Below, in pieces: positions 7,194-15,611 of a DNA stretch of 26,227 bases. Positions within the stretch are counted from its first letter, which is position 1; the number at the start of each line of letters is the position of its first letter. This DNA comes from Candidatus Finniella inopinata (GTDB lineage: Bacteria > Pseudomonadota > Alphaproteobacteria > Paracaedibacterales > CAITNM01): NCBI GenBank assembly GCA_945903885.1, contig CAMDPB010000001.1, positions 1-26,227 of the forward strand. The letters run 5' to 3'. Both the position numbers and the translations under genes were made by a program. The notes beneath the pieces are model-generated. The model did not search any database and was not told the DNA's origin. It saw nothing but the letters and a program-made list of their open reading frames with translations.

Positions 7194-8947
7194 GTTATGC
7201 TTATCCCCGTGTTAATCTGAAATCCAGGATTCCTGTATCCTGGCGGGCTTTCAATCCTGCGCGCTAAAGCATTTTCAACTGCTACATGCCACGTTGCTTG
7301 TTCTTTAAACTTGTATTGAAAATCACCAAAAAATACAGGATAGCCTCCTCGCTTAACAGGTGAATACGTTTCAAAATCTGGCTGAGTTTGACTTCCTGTA
7401 TAACGCCAGCCAACACTTGTGGCGATGTCATCTTTTGTATAATAAACCTGACCGTTTGCAGTGACTTTTGGAATATTCATGAGCGTTTTTTTAGGCTTAA
7501 AGCTATGCGATTCAGCATACATACACGACAATTGCGTTCCCCAAGAACCAATTTGGTTTTTCCAACCAAGCTCAAAACCCTTTTGGCGAGAACTATTAAG
7601 ATTAACGTATCTATTTTTTTTGTAATCAATTTGTTGTTTGTGATCGGTTCTAAAAACAAGCACGCTAAATGTGCCCACATTCGTTTTTTGAGCAACGCCT
7701 AAATTACCACCATGAGCCGTTTCATGTTTCAAATTCTTATTGCCATATTTTTTATCATTTAGCATATATAAATTAGGTAATTGAAACCCTGTGCCAAGGT
7801 GAGCAGAAAATTCAGTATCATCATAGGTTTTTAACAAACTTGAACTAAATGCGTATGCAGAATTGAAATGATTTGCTTTATGCACACGTGCCCAATTTTT
7901 CCACTGAATTGTGTCTTGGTTTAAATGAATTCCTTGAGCAAAAGCATATTCATTATTCTTCTGTAACCTGTCACCAGTAGGATTTAAAAGGCTACGGTGT
8001 TGCTCTAAAACTGGTTCAAAAATTAGCGAATCAGATTTTATTTTGGTGCCAATTTTGACTTTTGTGTTTTGCAAAACACAAGAAGAACCATTTGCTTGAT
8101 ATGGCGAAAAATCTTGCCTTATAACTTTAGCATGCAAAAATTTCAAATAAGGCTGTGCATGTTCACCTTTTCCTTCTAAATCAACGGCATAAATCTGTAG
8201 TGTCCTCTTTGATCTAGAATCATAAGGACTCGCTAAATATATATTGCTTCCTGTGGACCCAGATTTAACAAGTCCTACTTGCATAGCAGTTTTTGCGTGA
8301 TGATTTTCAAACCCAAACTGATTCAAGAAATACTTCTTTTCTGTTTCAGGACTTTTTTCAGTTGGATATTTAGTTTGATATCGTTTTGGTATGGAATTTT
8401 TCCCATGAAAATCACTGCTTTCTATGTGTTGTTGAATGGAAAATCCATCGGCTTTGTTGTTCCACCATAAGTGACCAGATTTGGCATAATTACCTGCGCT
8501 TAATTTCAAACCACCACTTTGACCATCTGGCATGGAAAATGGAAGAACATTAACTACCCCGCCAATTGCTCCGTTGCCATATTCAGCGCAATGTATGCCT
8601 TTTACAACTTCAACTTTTCCTGTTGAAAGTGGAATCAATGCAGCATCTGTTTCTGTTTCACCAATACTTAATCCTGACCAAAGCATTTTGGTGTATCTTG
8701 AAGCCGACCCTTGAATACTAATGGTGGTAAGTTGCCCAGGATTTCCACTAGTTGTAGTCGTAACACCGGGTACGTTCTTGATCTGTTGCTCTTCAAAACC
8801 ACTTGTTGCCGAGCCAGATGTTAATTCTTCTATAAATTGCCATTTAGGCATGCGTATCTCTTTTTTTGATCTTACGACAATAGGCGCCAATACCACGGTT
8901 GATGCATGCAACGATGCTGCAGAAATAATGCATAAAAACAAGCGCAA
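7187..8947 (-). CDS. btuB: TonB-dependent receptor, probable cobalamin importer (BtuB-like)
   Basis: TTG 8947 with GGAG 8 nt upstream gives signal MRLFLCIISAASLHA. TonB-box-like LAPIVVRS; plug motifs VPGV...ISIQG and VEVVKG...YGNGAIGGVVN; terminal W; cobalamin riboswitch directly upstream. ORF track start is GTG 8971. Confidence 0.85.
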   Translation of the reverse strand: MRLFLCIISAASLHASTVVLAPIVVRSKKEIRMPKWQFIEELTSGSATSGFEEQQIKNVPGVTTTTSGNPGQLTTISIQGSASRYTKMLWSGLSIGETETDAALIPLSTGKVEVVKGIHCAEYGNGAIGGVVNVLPFSMPDGQSGGLKLSAGNYAKSGHLWWNNKADGFSIQQHIESSDFHGKNSIPKRYQTKYPTEKSPETEKKYFLNQFGFENHHAKTAMQVGLVKSGSTGSNIYLASPYDSRSKRTLQIYAVDLEGKGEHAQPYLKFLHAKVIRQDFSPYQANGSSCVLQNTKVKIGTKIKSDSLIFEPVLEQHRSLLNPTGDRLQKNNEYAFAQGIHLNQDTIQWKNWARVHKANHFNSAYAFSSSLLKTYDDTEFSAHLGTGFQLPNLYMLNDKKYGNKNLKHETAHGGNLGVAQKTNVGTFSVLVFRTDHKQQIDYKKNRYVNLNSSRQKGFELGWKNQIGSWGTQLSCMYAESHSFKPKKTLMNIPKVTANGQVYYTKDDIATSVGWRYTGSQTQPDFETYSPVKRGGYPVFFGDFQYKFKEQATWHVAVENALARRIESPPGYRNPGFQINTGISITW

Positions 8948-9037
8948 TGAATTGTCTCCACAGGTTCGCACAATATAAGCGCGTCACCCATGGGCTACCC
9001 TTCTGATCTCTCCCCGAAATCTAGAAAAAGTGACACT

Positions 9038-9181
9038 CTTTTTGCCGGTCTCCTGGCTGGTTGTTCATAGCGACATTTTCACCTTCCCAGATTGCTCTAG
9101 TGGCACAAAATAAAATGCGCTCCCAACGTACAGTTGGGGGGGCAGCTTCGGATTTTAACCGAATTCCCGAACACAAAAAGT
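9038..9181 (-). promoter_or_regulatory. Cobalamin (B12) riboswitch
   Basis: Minus strand reads GGGAATTCGGTTAAAATCCGAAGCTGCCCCCCCAACTGT...GCCACTAGAGCAATCTGGGAAGG...AGCCAGGAGACCGGC; P1 is CTTTTTGT (9180-9173) with GCAAAAAG (9045-9038). Confidence 0.95.
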
Positions 9182-9187
9182 CATTCA

Positions 9188-9216
9188 ACTTTATATAGAA
9201 AAAAAGTGACCGTCAA
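9188..9216 (-). promoter_or_regulatory. Sigma70-type promoter for the riboswitch/btuB leader
   Basis: TTGACG (9216-9211), 17 nt, TAAAGT (9193-9188); predicted +1 near 9181, exactly at riboswitch P1. Confidence 0.7.
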
Positions 9217-9228
9217 ACGATCACTTTT
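9199..9228 (-). terminator. Intrinsic terminator after the 452-aa gene
   Basis: Minus strand aaaagtgatcgt-ttg-acggtcac followed by TTTTTTT. Confidence 0.7.
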
Positions 9229-9247
9229 TGATAAAATTATTCGGAAT

Positions 9248-10606
9248 TTAGGCAATTTTAATCATATCAGCAATTGATAATACTTCCTGTAAAGTTAAAA
9301 TTCTATGGTGAGTGCTATAAGCACCAGCATTTACATCTTCTATCATGATGTTTGGAGCGATAACTCCCAATTCATGAAGATACTTAATAGCAAAAATAAG
9401 TTGGGGCGCAGATGGCTGATAATGACCGCTACCACGATTAATTTTTGAAATTTTTCCATTTCTTACTTCCATATGCCCAACGCATGCAACTGGTTGCCCA
9501 TGACCACCGTCTGGGTAAAGATTGCCGTGGCATTGAAGAGCCCCAAGCATAGAGGCTTTTGTTTGAGGGTAAATACGCAATTCACCTAAGGGGGTCAATG
9601 CCCAAATCGTATCATCAGTATGCAGAATTTCTGCTTCTTGATAGATTATTCGATCTTGAATAGTAATTTTAGATGCTTCAGCTATTGCAGTATTAATCAA
9701 ATCAGCTCTACTAGAATTTCTATCAACATATAGAGATTTAATAAGGAAGTTTTCATATCTTCTATACTGATCCCCTTGTGATCCTCTACACAGTTGCTCA
9801 AGAAAGTCGCGATAAGGCTCAGCTAGCAAAACGGAAAAGTCATAGCTTTTTGGAAATACAGGAAGTCCATACACAAGTTCGGATATTTCTCTTGTATTAA
9901 CTATTCCTTGAGTGAATTCATCAAAATCGTCTTTTAAATTGATGCGCTCTTGTTGCCCTAGATATTCCTGGCAAAAACTACGAAATTCTTCACGTATATT
10001 ACGTCCAGCCTTCACACAAGCAAGTGCTAGTCCTAACTCTAAAGATTCTTCACCTGCATTCATGATCCAGGGAGATAATTTCTCTATTTCATATCTTGAA
10101 ATTTTTAGTGCTAATTCAGAAAAAGTTTTAAATTGTTGCCATTGATCAAACCCAGTCTTAGCTTGTTCTATATCAGAAACTGTAATTAGTTTTTCGACCC
10201 TGCTACTAAATAATTTAGCAACATTTTCCATGCTAATACAAAGTATTCTTCCAGCTTGTGCGCCAAATCTTGCTGGTCCATTAACAGGTCTGCTGATCCA
10301 GTCTTGAATATCACAAAGTGGGCCACCACAAGTTGTGCCTTGGGAAGGCCTGAATAAGCTTGCAGCATAGTATTCAACTATTTTATATTCTTCAGTTTTT
10401 ACTCTTTCAAGATTTTTTGCTTCGTGAAATGCATCAAATTGTTGTTTGCACACTTCTGGATCAATATCTTTAATGATCAAAACAACGGGTTTTGCATTTT
10501 GGAATAATTCAAAAGGATCAATAGTTCCTGTAGTTTCTTCGGTTGATGCAGAATGCACTTGTGAAACACACAACACAATCAACGTAAATAAATTAATTGA
10601 TTTCAT
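9248..10606 (-). CDS. Secreted hypothetical protein with C-terminal SGHYxP domain, candidate effector/toxin
   Basis: Signal MKSINLFTLIVLCVSQVHS-A; AAGGA RBS; C-terminal IWALTPLGELRIY...H...PVACVGHMEVRNGKISKINRGSGHYQP. Confidence 0.75.
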   Translation of the reverse strand: MKSINLFTLIVLCVSQVHSASTEETTGTIDPFELFQNAKPVVLIIKDIDPEVCKQQFDAFHEAKNLERVKTEEYKIVEYYAASLFRPSQGTTCGGPLCDIQDWISRPVNGPARFGAQAGRILCISMENVAKLFSSRVEKLITVSDIEQAKTGFDQWQQFKTFSELALKISRYEIEKLSPWIMNAGEESLELGLALACVKAGRNIREEFRSFCQEYLGQQERINLKDDFDEFTQGIVNTREISELVYGLPVFPKSYDFSVLLAEPYRDFLEQLCRGSQGDQYRRYENFLIKSLYVDRNSSRADLINTAIAEASKITIQDRIIYQEAEILHTDDTIWALTPLGELRIYPQTKASMLGALQCHGNLYPDGGHGQPVACVGHMEVRNGKISKINRGSGHYQPSAPQLIFAIKYLHELGVIAPNIMIEDVNAGAYSTHHRILTLQEVLSIADMIKIA

Positions 10607-10694
10607 GTTTGAAATTCCTTGTTTTGTTTTTTACAACCTTTATGTGGTAATTATATTCAAAAAAATCAAGTTTTTTTATAAATAATGTGTACGT

Positions 10695-11885
10695 TTAACA
10701 ATATTGCCCGGCAACATAACCTGACGACCAGGCCCACTGAAAGTTATACCCACCAAGCCACCCGGTAACATCAACAACTTCGCCAATGAAGAATAACCCG
10801 GAAACTTTTTTGCTTTCCATGGTTTTGGATGATAGCTCGTCAGTATCAACCCCGCCTACGGTAACCTCAGCTTTTTGGTAACCTTCGCTGCCATTAATGG
10901 TGACTTTGAATTGATGGATATCATTTGCCATATCAAACAGCGTAGTGTTTTTAAGGTCAGTAATTGCACGTGCATAATTGGGGTGGGTGGCCATAACTTC
11001 TACAAAGCGATTCGCAAAATAGTTCTTCAAAAAATTAGCTACGGTTTGCTTGCTATTTTTATGGGCAACAAATTCATGCTTCAAATCAACATCGGGCAAT
11101 AGGTTAATTATAATTTCTTCCATAGAAAATTTTTCCATATAAGACGAAATTTGCAATATTGCCGGACCGCTTAACCCGCGGTGGGTAAATAATATGTTTT
11201 CGCGAAACTGAATATCTTTGTAAGAAACAATTGAATTTTGTGAAACACCACTAAGCTGCGCAAATGTAGGAAGGGTTGATGTTTCAACTTTTAATGGCAC
11301 CAAAGCCGGTTGCGTTGCTAACACTTTAAGGCCGAATTGTCGCGCTATTTGGTAGCCAAAATCAGAAGCACCAATTTGCGGGATTGATAATCCGCCCGTG
11401 GCAATAATCACAGATGCTGCATGAATTATGCCTTCTGTTGTTGTAAGCACAAATTGATCATGCTTTTCAATTGCTGTAACCGTACAATTAAGGCGTACAT
11501 CAACTTGGCCCTGCTGGCATTTGTCCAACAGCATGTTAACAATTTGTTTGGATGATCCATCACAAAACAATTGCCCCAATGTCTTTTCGTGATATGCAAT
11601 ATTGTACGATTCAACTAGGTTTATAAAATCATGCTGGGTGTACCTGGCTAACGCTGATTTTGCAAAATGCTTGTTTGTGCAAATGTAGTTTTTGGGTGAT
11701 GCGAAAAGGTTGGTAAAGTTGCTGCGCCCACCGCCAGAAATACGAATTTTCTCACCAACTTTGGATGTGTGCTCAATAAGCATAACACGTCGACCACGCT
11801 TACCTGCAATTGCAGCTGCCATAAGTCCAGCTGCACCAGCGCCTATAACAACAACGTCAGTTTGGATTTTGGGAATGTTACTCAA
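10695..11885 (-). CDS. HI0933/YhiN-family NAD(P)/FAD-dependent oxidoreductase
   Basis: IGAGAAG, KIRISGGGRSNFTN, ATGGLSIP, LFTHRGLSGPAILQISS, AEVTVGGV, GEVVDVTGWLGGYNFQWAWSSG. Confidence 0.93.
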   Translation of the reverse strand: MSNIPKIQTDVVVIGAGAAGLMAAAIAGKRGRRVMLIEHTSKVGEKIRISGGGRSNFTNLFASPKNYICTNKHFAKSALARYTQHDFINLVESYNIAYHEKTLGQLFCDGSSKQIVNMLLDKCQQGQVDVRLNCTVTAIEKHDQFVLTTTEGIIHAASVIIATGGLSIPQIGASDFGYQIARQFGLKVLATQPALVPLKVETSTLPTFAQLSGVSQNSIVSYKDIQFRENILFTHRGLSGPAILQISSYMEKFSMEEIIINLLPDVDLKHEFVAHKNSKQTVANFLKNYFANRFVEVMATHPNYARAITDLKNTTLFDMANDIHQFKVTINGSEGYQKAEVTVGGVDTDELSSKTMESKKVSGLFFIGEVVDVTGWLGGYNFQWAWSSGYVAGQYC

Positions 11886-12529
11886 GCTGCCACATCTGAA
11901 TCAATTAAATACTTGCCCTTCAGATAGAGCTGTTCATTAATTTGGCGTAACCGTAATTCAATGTACCCTGAATTAAATTCAGTTACTTTCATGCCCTTAG
12001 TTGCATTTGCTACTTCGCTTAAAAATGCTTCTTTTTGCATATTGTTATCTTTAGCTTCTAGCTCAAGGAATGTTCCAAAATCTGCAAACTCATCTATGGC
12101 AATAACAAATAAATCATCTTCGTAAGTTGTGCGTTTTTTGTCCAAAATTAAAAGAGTTTTTAAATTATTTATCTTTAAAAATTCTTCATAGGTGTAAGGT
12201 TCTGGACATTTGATAGGAATCATTTCTGCTAGCGTTTCAAACACGTGTGCTGATGAAAGCTCAAAAGGCAACGCTACATTATATTCATGACAAGTCACAT
12301 GCTCATTCACATTATTTGCGCCCAAGTGGTCTGGGTTAAATTTAAAATCTAGTGATTTGCCATTGCGTAATCTTATGAAAAATCCGTCTTGATAAAACAA
12401 TCCTTCAGAAGTATCCAGATATTCATCAACAACCCGTTTAGACGAAATAAATTCTTTGTTTTTTAAAAAATTATCCAAATCACTAGGCAGTACTTGAAAC
12501 TTTTTTTCCATTTCGATTGGGTTGCTCAT
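11882..12529 (-). CDS. CYTH-domain protein (class IV adenylate cyclase/triphosphate tunnel metalloenzyme fold)
   Basis: ExExK (IEMEKKF), IRLR, KKRTTY, IDE...FLELE; GGAG RBS. Confidence 0.85.
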   Translation of the reverse strand: MSNPIEMEKKFQVLPSDLDNFLKNKEFISSKRVVDEYLDTSEGLFYQDGFFIRLRNGKSLDFKFNPDHLGANNVNEHVTCHEYNVALPFELSSAHVFETLAEMIPIKCPEPYTYEEFLKINNLKTLLILDKKRTTYEDDLFVIAIDEFADFGTFLELEAKDNNMQKEAFLSEVANATKGMKVTEFNSGYIELRLRQINEQLYLKGKYLIDSDVAA

Positions 12530-12545
12530 GCATGCTCTCCATTAT

Positions 12546-12574
12546 AAAAAAGCAGCTGAGAATTCAGCTGCTTT
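12546..12574 (-). terminator. Intrinsic terminator after the rhodanese gene
   Basis: aaagcagctga-gaat-tcagctgcttt perfect stem; 6-T tract on the minus strand. Confidence 0.85.
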
Positions 12575-12594
12575 CGAGGTGTCTTTAATCTAAT

Positions 12595-13101
12595 TTATGC
12601 TTTAGTTTTTTCTTTAGTATCATCAGTAGGCTTGCTGTTTTCAGTCCACTCTTTTATACCGCCCGCATAGTGAGCAATGTTGGTGTATCCCAATCCAATA
12701 AGACGCTCTGCTAAAGTCATGCTTGCGGGACAGCTTACGCTTCCGCAGTATACAATAATTTCAGCTGTTTTATCTTTTAGTTTTTCGTGAATCTCTTTAT
12801 CTTCAGCCTGTGCCCCTAGGAAAATAGCTCCTTTAATAGCTTCGTCGCCGCTGCCACGTGCATCAACAATGGTAGCTTTTCCAAGTAGATTTTCAACTTC
12901 ATTTATTGTTTTTTCAGTAATAGTCGGTGCTGGTTTCGCTTCTTCCTTCTGTTCTGCGGGTTCTGCAGGTTTATCAGTCGTTTCAGTTGCTGTTTGGGTT
13001 GCTGTTTGAGTTGCTTCTGCTGCTGCTGCAAGATCGGCGCCTAAAATAGCTACTACAGCTAAACTAACAGCGGAAAGTAATCGAATCATTATGGTGTTCA
13101 T
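12595..13101 (-). CDS. Exported single-domain rhodanese-like protein with Thr/Ala/Glu/Pro linker
   Basis: IVDAR, IIVYCGSVSCPAS, GYTNIAHYAGGIKEW; hydrophobic leader ending AAAA; GAGGA RBS before ATG 13101. Confidence 0.88.
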   Translation of the reverse strand: MNTIMIRLLSAVSLAVVAILGADLAAAAEATQTATQTATETTDKPAEPAEQKEEAKPAPTITEKTINEVENLLGKATIVDARGSGDEAIKGAIFLGAQAEDKEIHEKLKDKTAEIIVYCGSVSCPASMTLAERLIGLGYTNIAHYAGGIKEWTENSKPTDDTKEKTKA

Positions 13102-13200
13102 AAAATCCTCACGGTTAAAAGTTTGATTCATTAGCATTAGAGGGAAAAATCAGGCTAAAATCAAGCTATCAAATATTGAAAAATTACGGGCTATTTTTTA

Positions 13201-14712
13201 GTGAATCAAAAAGTTGTGTTATGTATTCTTGATGGATGGGGAATAGGACCGGAAGATGCCTACAATGGCATTAAAGCGGCTACTCATTGGCCAGCACTTT
13301 TACAAAAATATCCTAACACTCAACTGCAAGCTTCAGAGCATTATGTTGGTCTGCCAGATGGACAAATGGGAAATAGTGAAGTTGGGCACATGACCATAGG
13401 TCTTGGCCGGGTGTTGATGCAAGACTTACCGAAAATTGATCAAGCCATATCTAGCGGTGATCTCAAAACAAATGAAAAAGTTTTACAAGCAATAGAGCAA
13501 CTTAAAAAAACGCAGAGGCCTTGCCACCTTATGGGGTTGCTATCACCTGGTGGGGTGCATTCACACATGAATCATATAATTGAAGTCGCCAAGCTTTTAA
13601 GTGATGCTGGAATTACCGTTAACGTGCACGGATTTTTAGATGGGCGCGACACGCCACCTAAGAGTGCAGCAAGCTACGTAGGTGAATTTTTAAACGCAAT
13701 TGAAGGACATTCAAACATTCATCTAAGTACTTTGGGTGGACGCTATTTCGCTATGGATCGTGATAATAGATGGGATAGAATTGAACTTGCTTATAAGGCA
13801 GTAGTGCAAGCACAAGCGCCTAAATTTTCAAATGCTATTCAGGCTATTAATGCTTCTTATGAAAGCGGCATTACAGACGAATTTATTCTTCCAACAATTA
13901 GTGGAAACTACACTGGAATGCAAAATGGTGATGGGCTTTGGATGATTAACTTTAGGTCAGATCGGGTTCGGCAACTTTTACGTAGCCTTTTGGTTCAAGA
14001 TTTTTGTCAGTTTGACCGTGATAAAAATATTGATTTTGGGCCCGCTTTGGCGATGAATGAATATGCACAAGACCTTAATTCACTCATTCCATCTGTATTC
14101 TCAAAAGATATTATTCAGCAAAGCTTAGGAGAAATTGTTGCAAGCAATGGACTAAAGCAGCTACGCGTAGCAGAAACTGAAAAATATGCACATGTTACTT
14201 TTTTCTTAAATGGGGGTTGTGAAAAATCTTTTCAAAATGAAGAAAGGATCATGATCCCTTCACCCAAAGTTGCCACTTATGATTTACAGCCAGAAATGTC
14301 AGCAGCTGAAGTGACATTAACCGTAGTCCAAGCAATGGAGCGAAACGATCTTGGTCTTATTGTGGTGAATTATGCCAACACTGACATGGTCGGGCACACC
14401 GGCGTTATTGATGCAATTTATAAAGCTGTAGACTGTGTTGACGCTTGCGTAAAAACTTTAGAACAAAAAGCCATAGAACATAATTGGACTCTTCTAATAA
14501 CAGCCGATCATGGAAATGTAGAGTGCATGCGAGAAAAAGATCATTCGACGCCTCATACCGCACATACTTGTAATCCTGTACCATTTGTATTGGTAAATGG
14601 TGATGCTAAGCATTTAAATGCCGGCTCTCTTGCTGATGTTTCGCCAACAGTTTTAAGCATAATGGGGATTGCTCAACCAAAAGAAATGACAGGTAAATCT
14701 CTGTTGTGTTGA
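13201..14712 (+). CDS. gpmI: 2,3-bisphosphoglycerate-independent phosphoglycerate mutase
   Basis: ILDGWG, GQMGNSEVGH, GGVHSH, GRYFAMDRDNRW, NFRSDR, AETEKYAHVTFF, DMVGHTG, TADHGN. Confidence 0.98.
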   Translation: MNQKVVLCILDGWGIGPEDAYNGIKAATHWPALLQKYPNTQLQASEHYVGLPDGQMGNSEVGHMTIGLGRVLMQDLPKIDQAISSGDLKTNEKVLQAIEQLKKTQRPCHLMGLLSPGGVHSHMNHIIEVAKLLSDAGITVNVHGFLDGRDTPPKSAASYVGEFLNAIEGHSNIHLSTLGGRYFAMDRDNRWDRIELAYKAVVQAQAPKFSNAIQAINASYESGITDEFILPTISGNYTGMQNGDGLWMINFRSDRVRQLLRSLLVQDFCQFDRDKNIDFGPALAMNEYAQDLNSLIPSVFSKDIIQQSLGEIVASNGLKQLRVAETEKYAHVTFFLNGGCEKSFQNEERIMIPSPKVATYDLQPEMSAAEVTLTVVQAMERNDLGLIVVNYANTDMVGHTGVIDAIYKAVDCVDACVKTLEQKAIEHNWTLLITADHGNVECMREKDHSTPHTAHTCNPVPFVLVNGDAKHLNAGSLADVSPTVLSIMGIAQPKEMTGKSLLC

Positions 14713-15611
14713 ATGTTTTATTCTTGTTCACTTGTTTTTCAGTGCTTCGATGTGAAGTTCATACCGAAGTTTTTGAGCAAGTGCAAAAATGGAATAACAT
14801 ACAGCAGCAACTTGCAATTTTGTATAGTCAGCATGCTCAGATGAATGGTGATAAAGCTCATGATAAGCAAGAATTCTTTAATATACAGCAGCAATTAGGA
14901 GCAATCTATCTTGCTCAAAAACGTTATCAGCTAGGTTTTGGAACTGCCTTTCTTCCATCTGAAAAAGCTGTATACAACTATGTCAGAAAAAAAACATTCC
15001 TTGCTTTAAAAACAAAAGAGCTTGTGCCCTTATATAAAAAATATGTACAAGGATATCAAAAAAAATATGCTAGTGGAGAATTTGAGCGAATTCAAAAGCT
15101 TATCAAGCAACTAGAAGCATTGAATGTATTGCACGGAAAATTATTTGAACAACATAGCCAAGCATATGGAATAAAGCACTGGACAGATACACCAAAAATT
15201 AGAGAAATTTCTTCAATTCATCATTGGGTTAAAAAATTACCAGTAGGCAATGCAAGCAAAAAATTAAGTAACTTATTGAATTGGGTAACGCCAGTCGCTG
15301 GAATTAGAGAATCTTCCTCTAAAACGATATGGAGACCTCTTGCTGGAGCTATTGTTCTTTGTCCTGATGCTGGAATTGTAACATTAATAGGTCGTTTAGA
15401 AAGAGACATAGTTGTTTTTATCAAGCAGCATCATTTTACTTACGTTGTTATAGGACTTAACAAATGCCGAGTGAATGTTGGAGATAAATTGAAGCAAGGA
15501 GAGCCCTTAGGTTTTTGTGCAGATAAAGATCCAAGATTTGTGGAGTTACAACTATGGCGTGACGACATCACTCTAGACCCAGAGCCATACCATAAGGTTA
15601 TGCAGTTATGA
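14706..15611 (+). CDS. envC: EnvC-like murein hydrolase activator (coiled coil plus degenerate M23 domain)
   Basis: Leader, Gln-rich helical region, PVAG...V..PDAG.V...VNVGDKLKQGEPLG...LDP M23-like end lacking Zn ligands; gpmI-envC-ctpA synteny. Confidence 0.7.
   Translation: MLNVLFLFTCFSVLRCEVHTEVFEQVQKWNNIQQQLAILYSQHAQMNGDKAHDKQEFFNIQQQLGAIYLAQKRYQLGFGTAFLPSEKAVYNYVRKKTFLALKTKELVPLYKKYVQGYQKKYASGEFERIQKLIKQLEALNVLHGKLFEQHSQAYGIKHWTDTPKIREISSIHHWVKKLPVGNASKKLSNLLNWVTPVAGIRESSSKTIWRPLAGAIVLCPDAGIVTLIGRLERDIVVFIKQHHFTYVVIGLNKCRVNVGDKLKQGEPLGFCADKDPRFVELQLWRDDITLDPEPYHKVMQL

Noticed and set aside
13102-13137. Longer rhodanese start at 13137
   Set aside because: The RBS GAGGA lies inside this stretch and points to ATG 13101.
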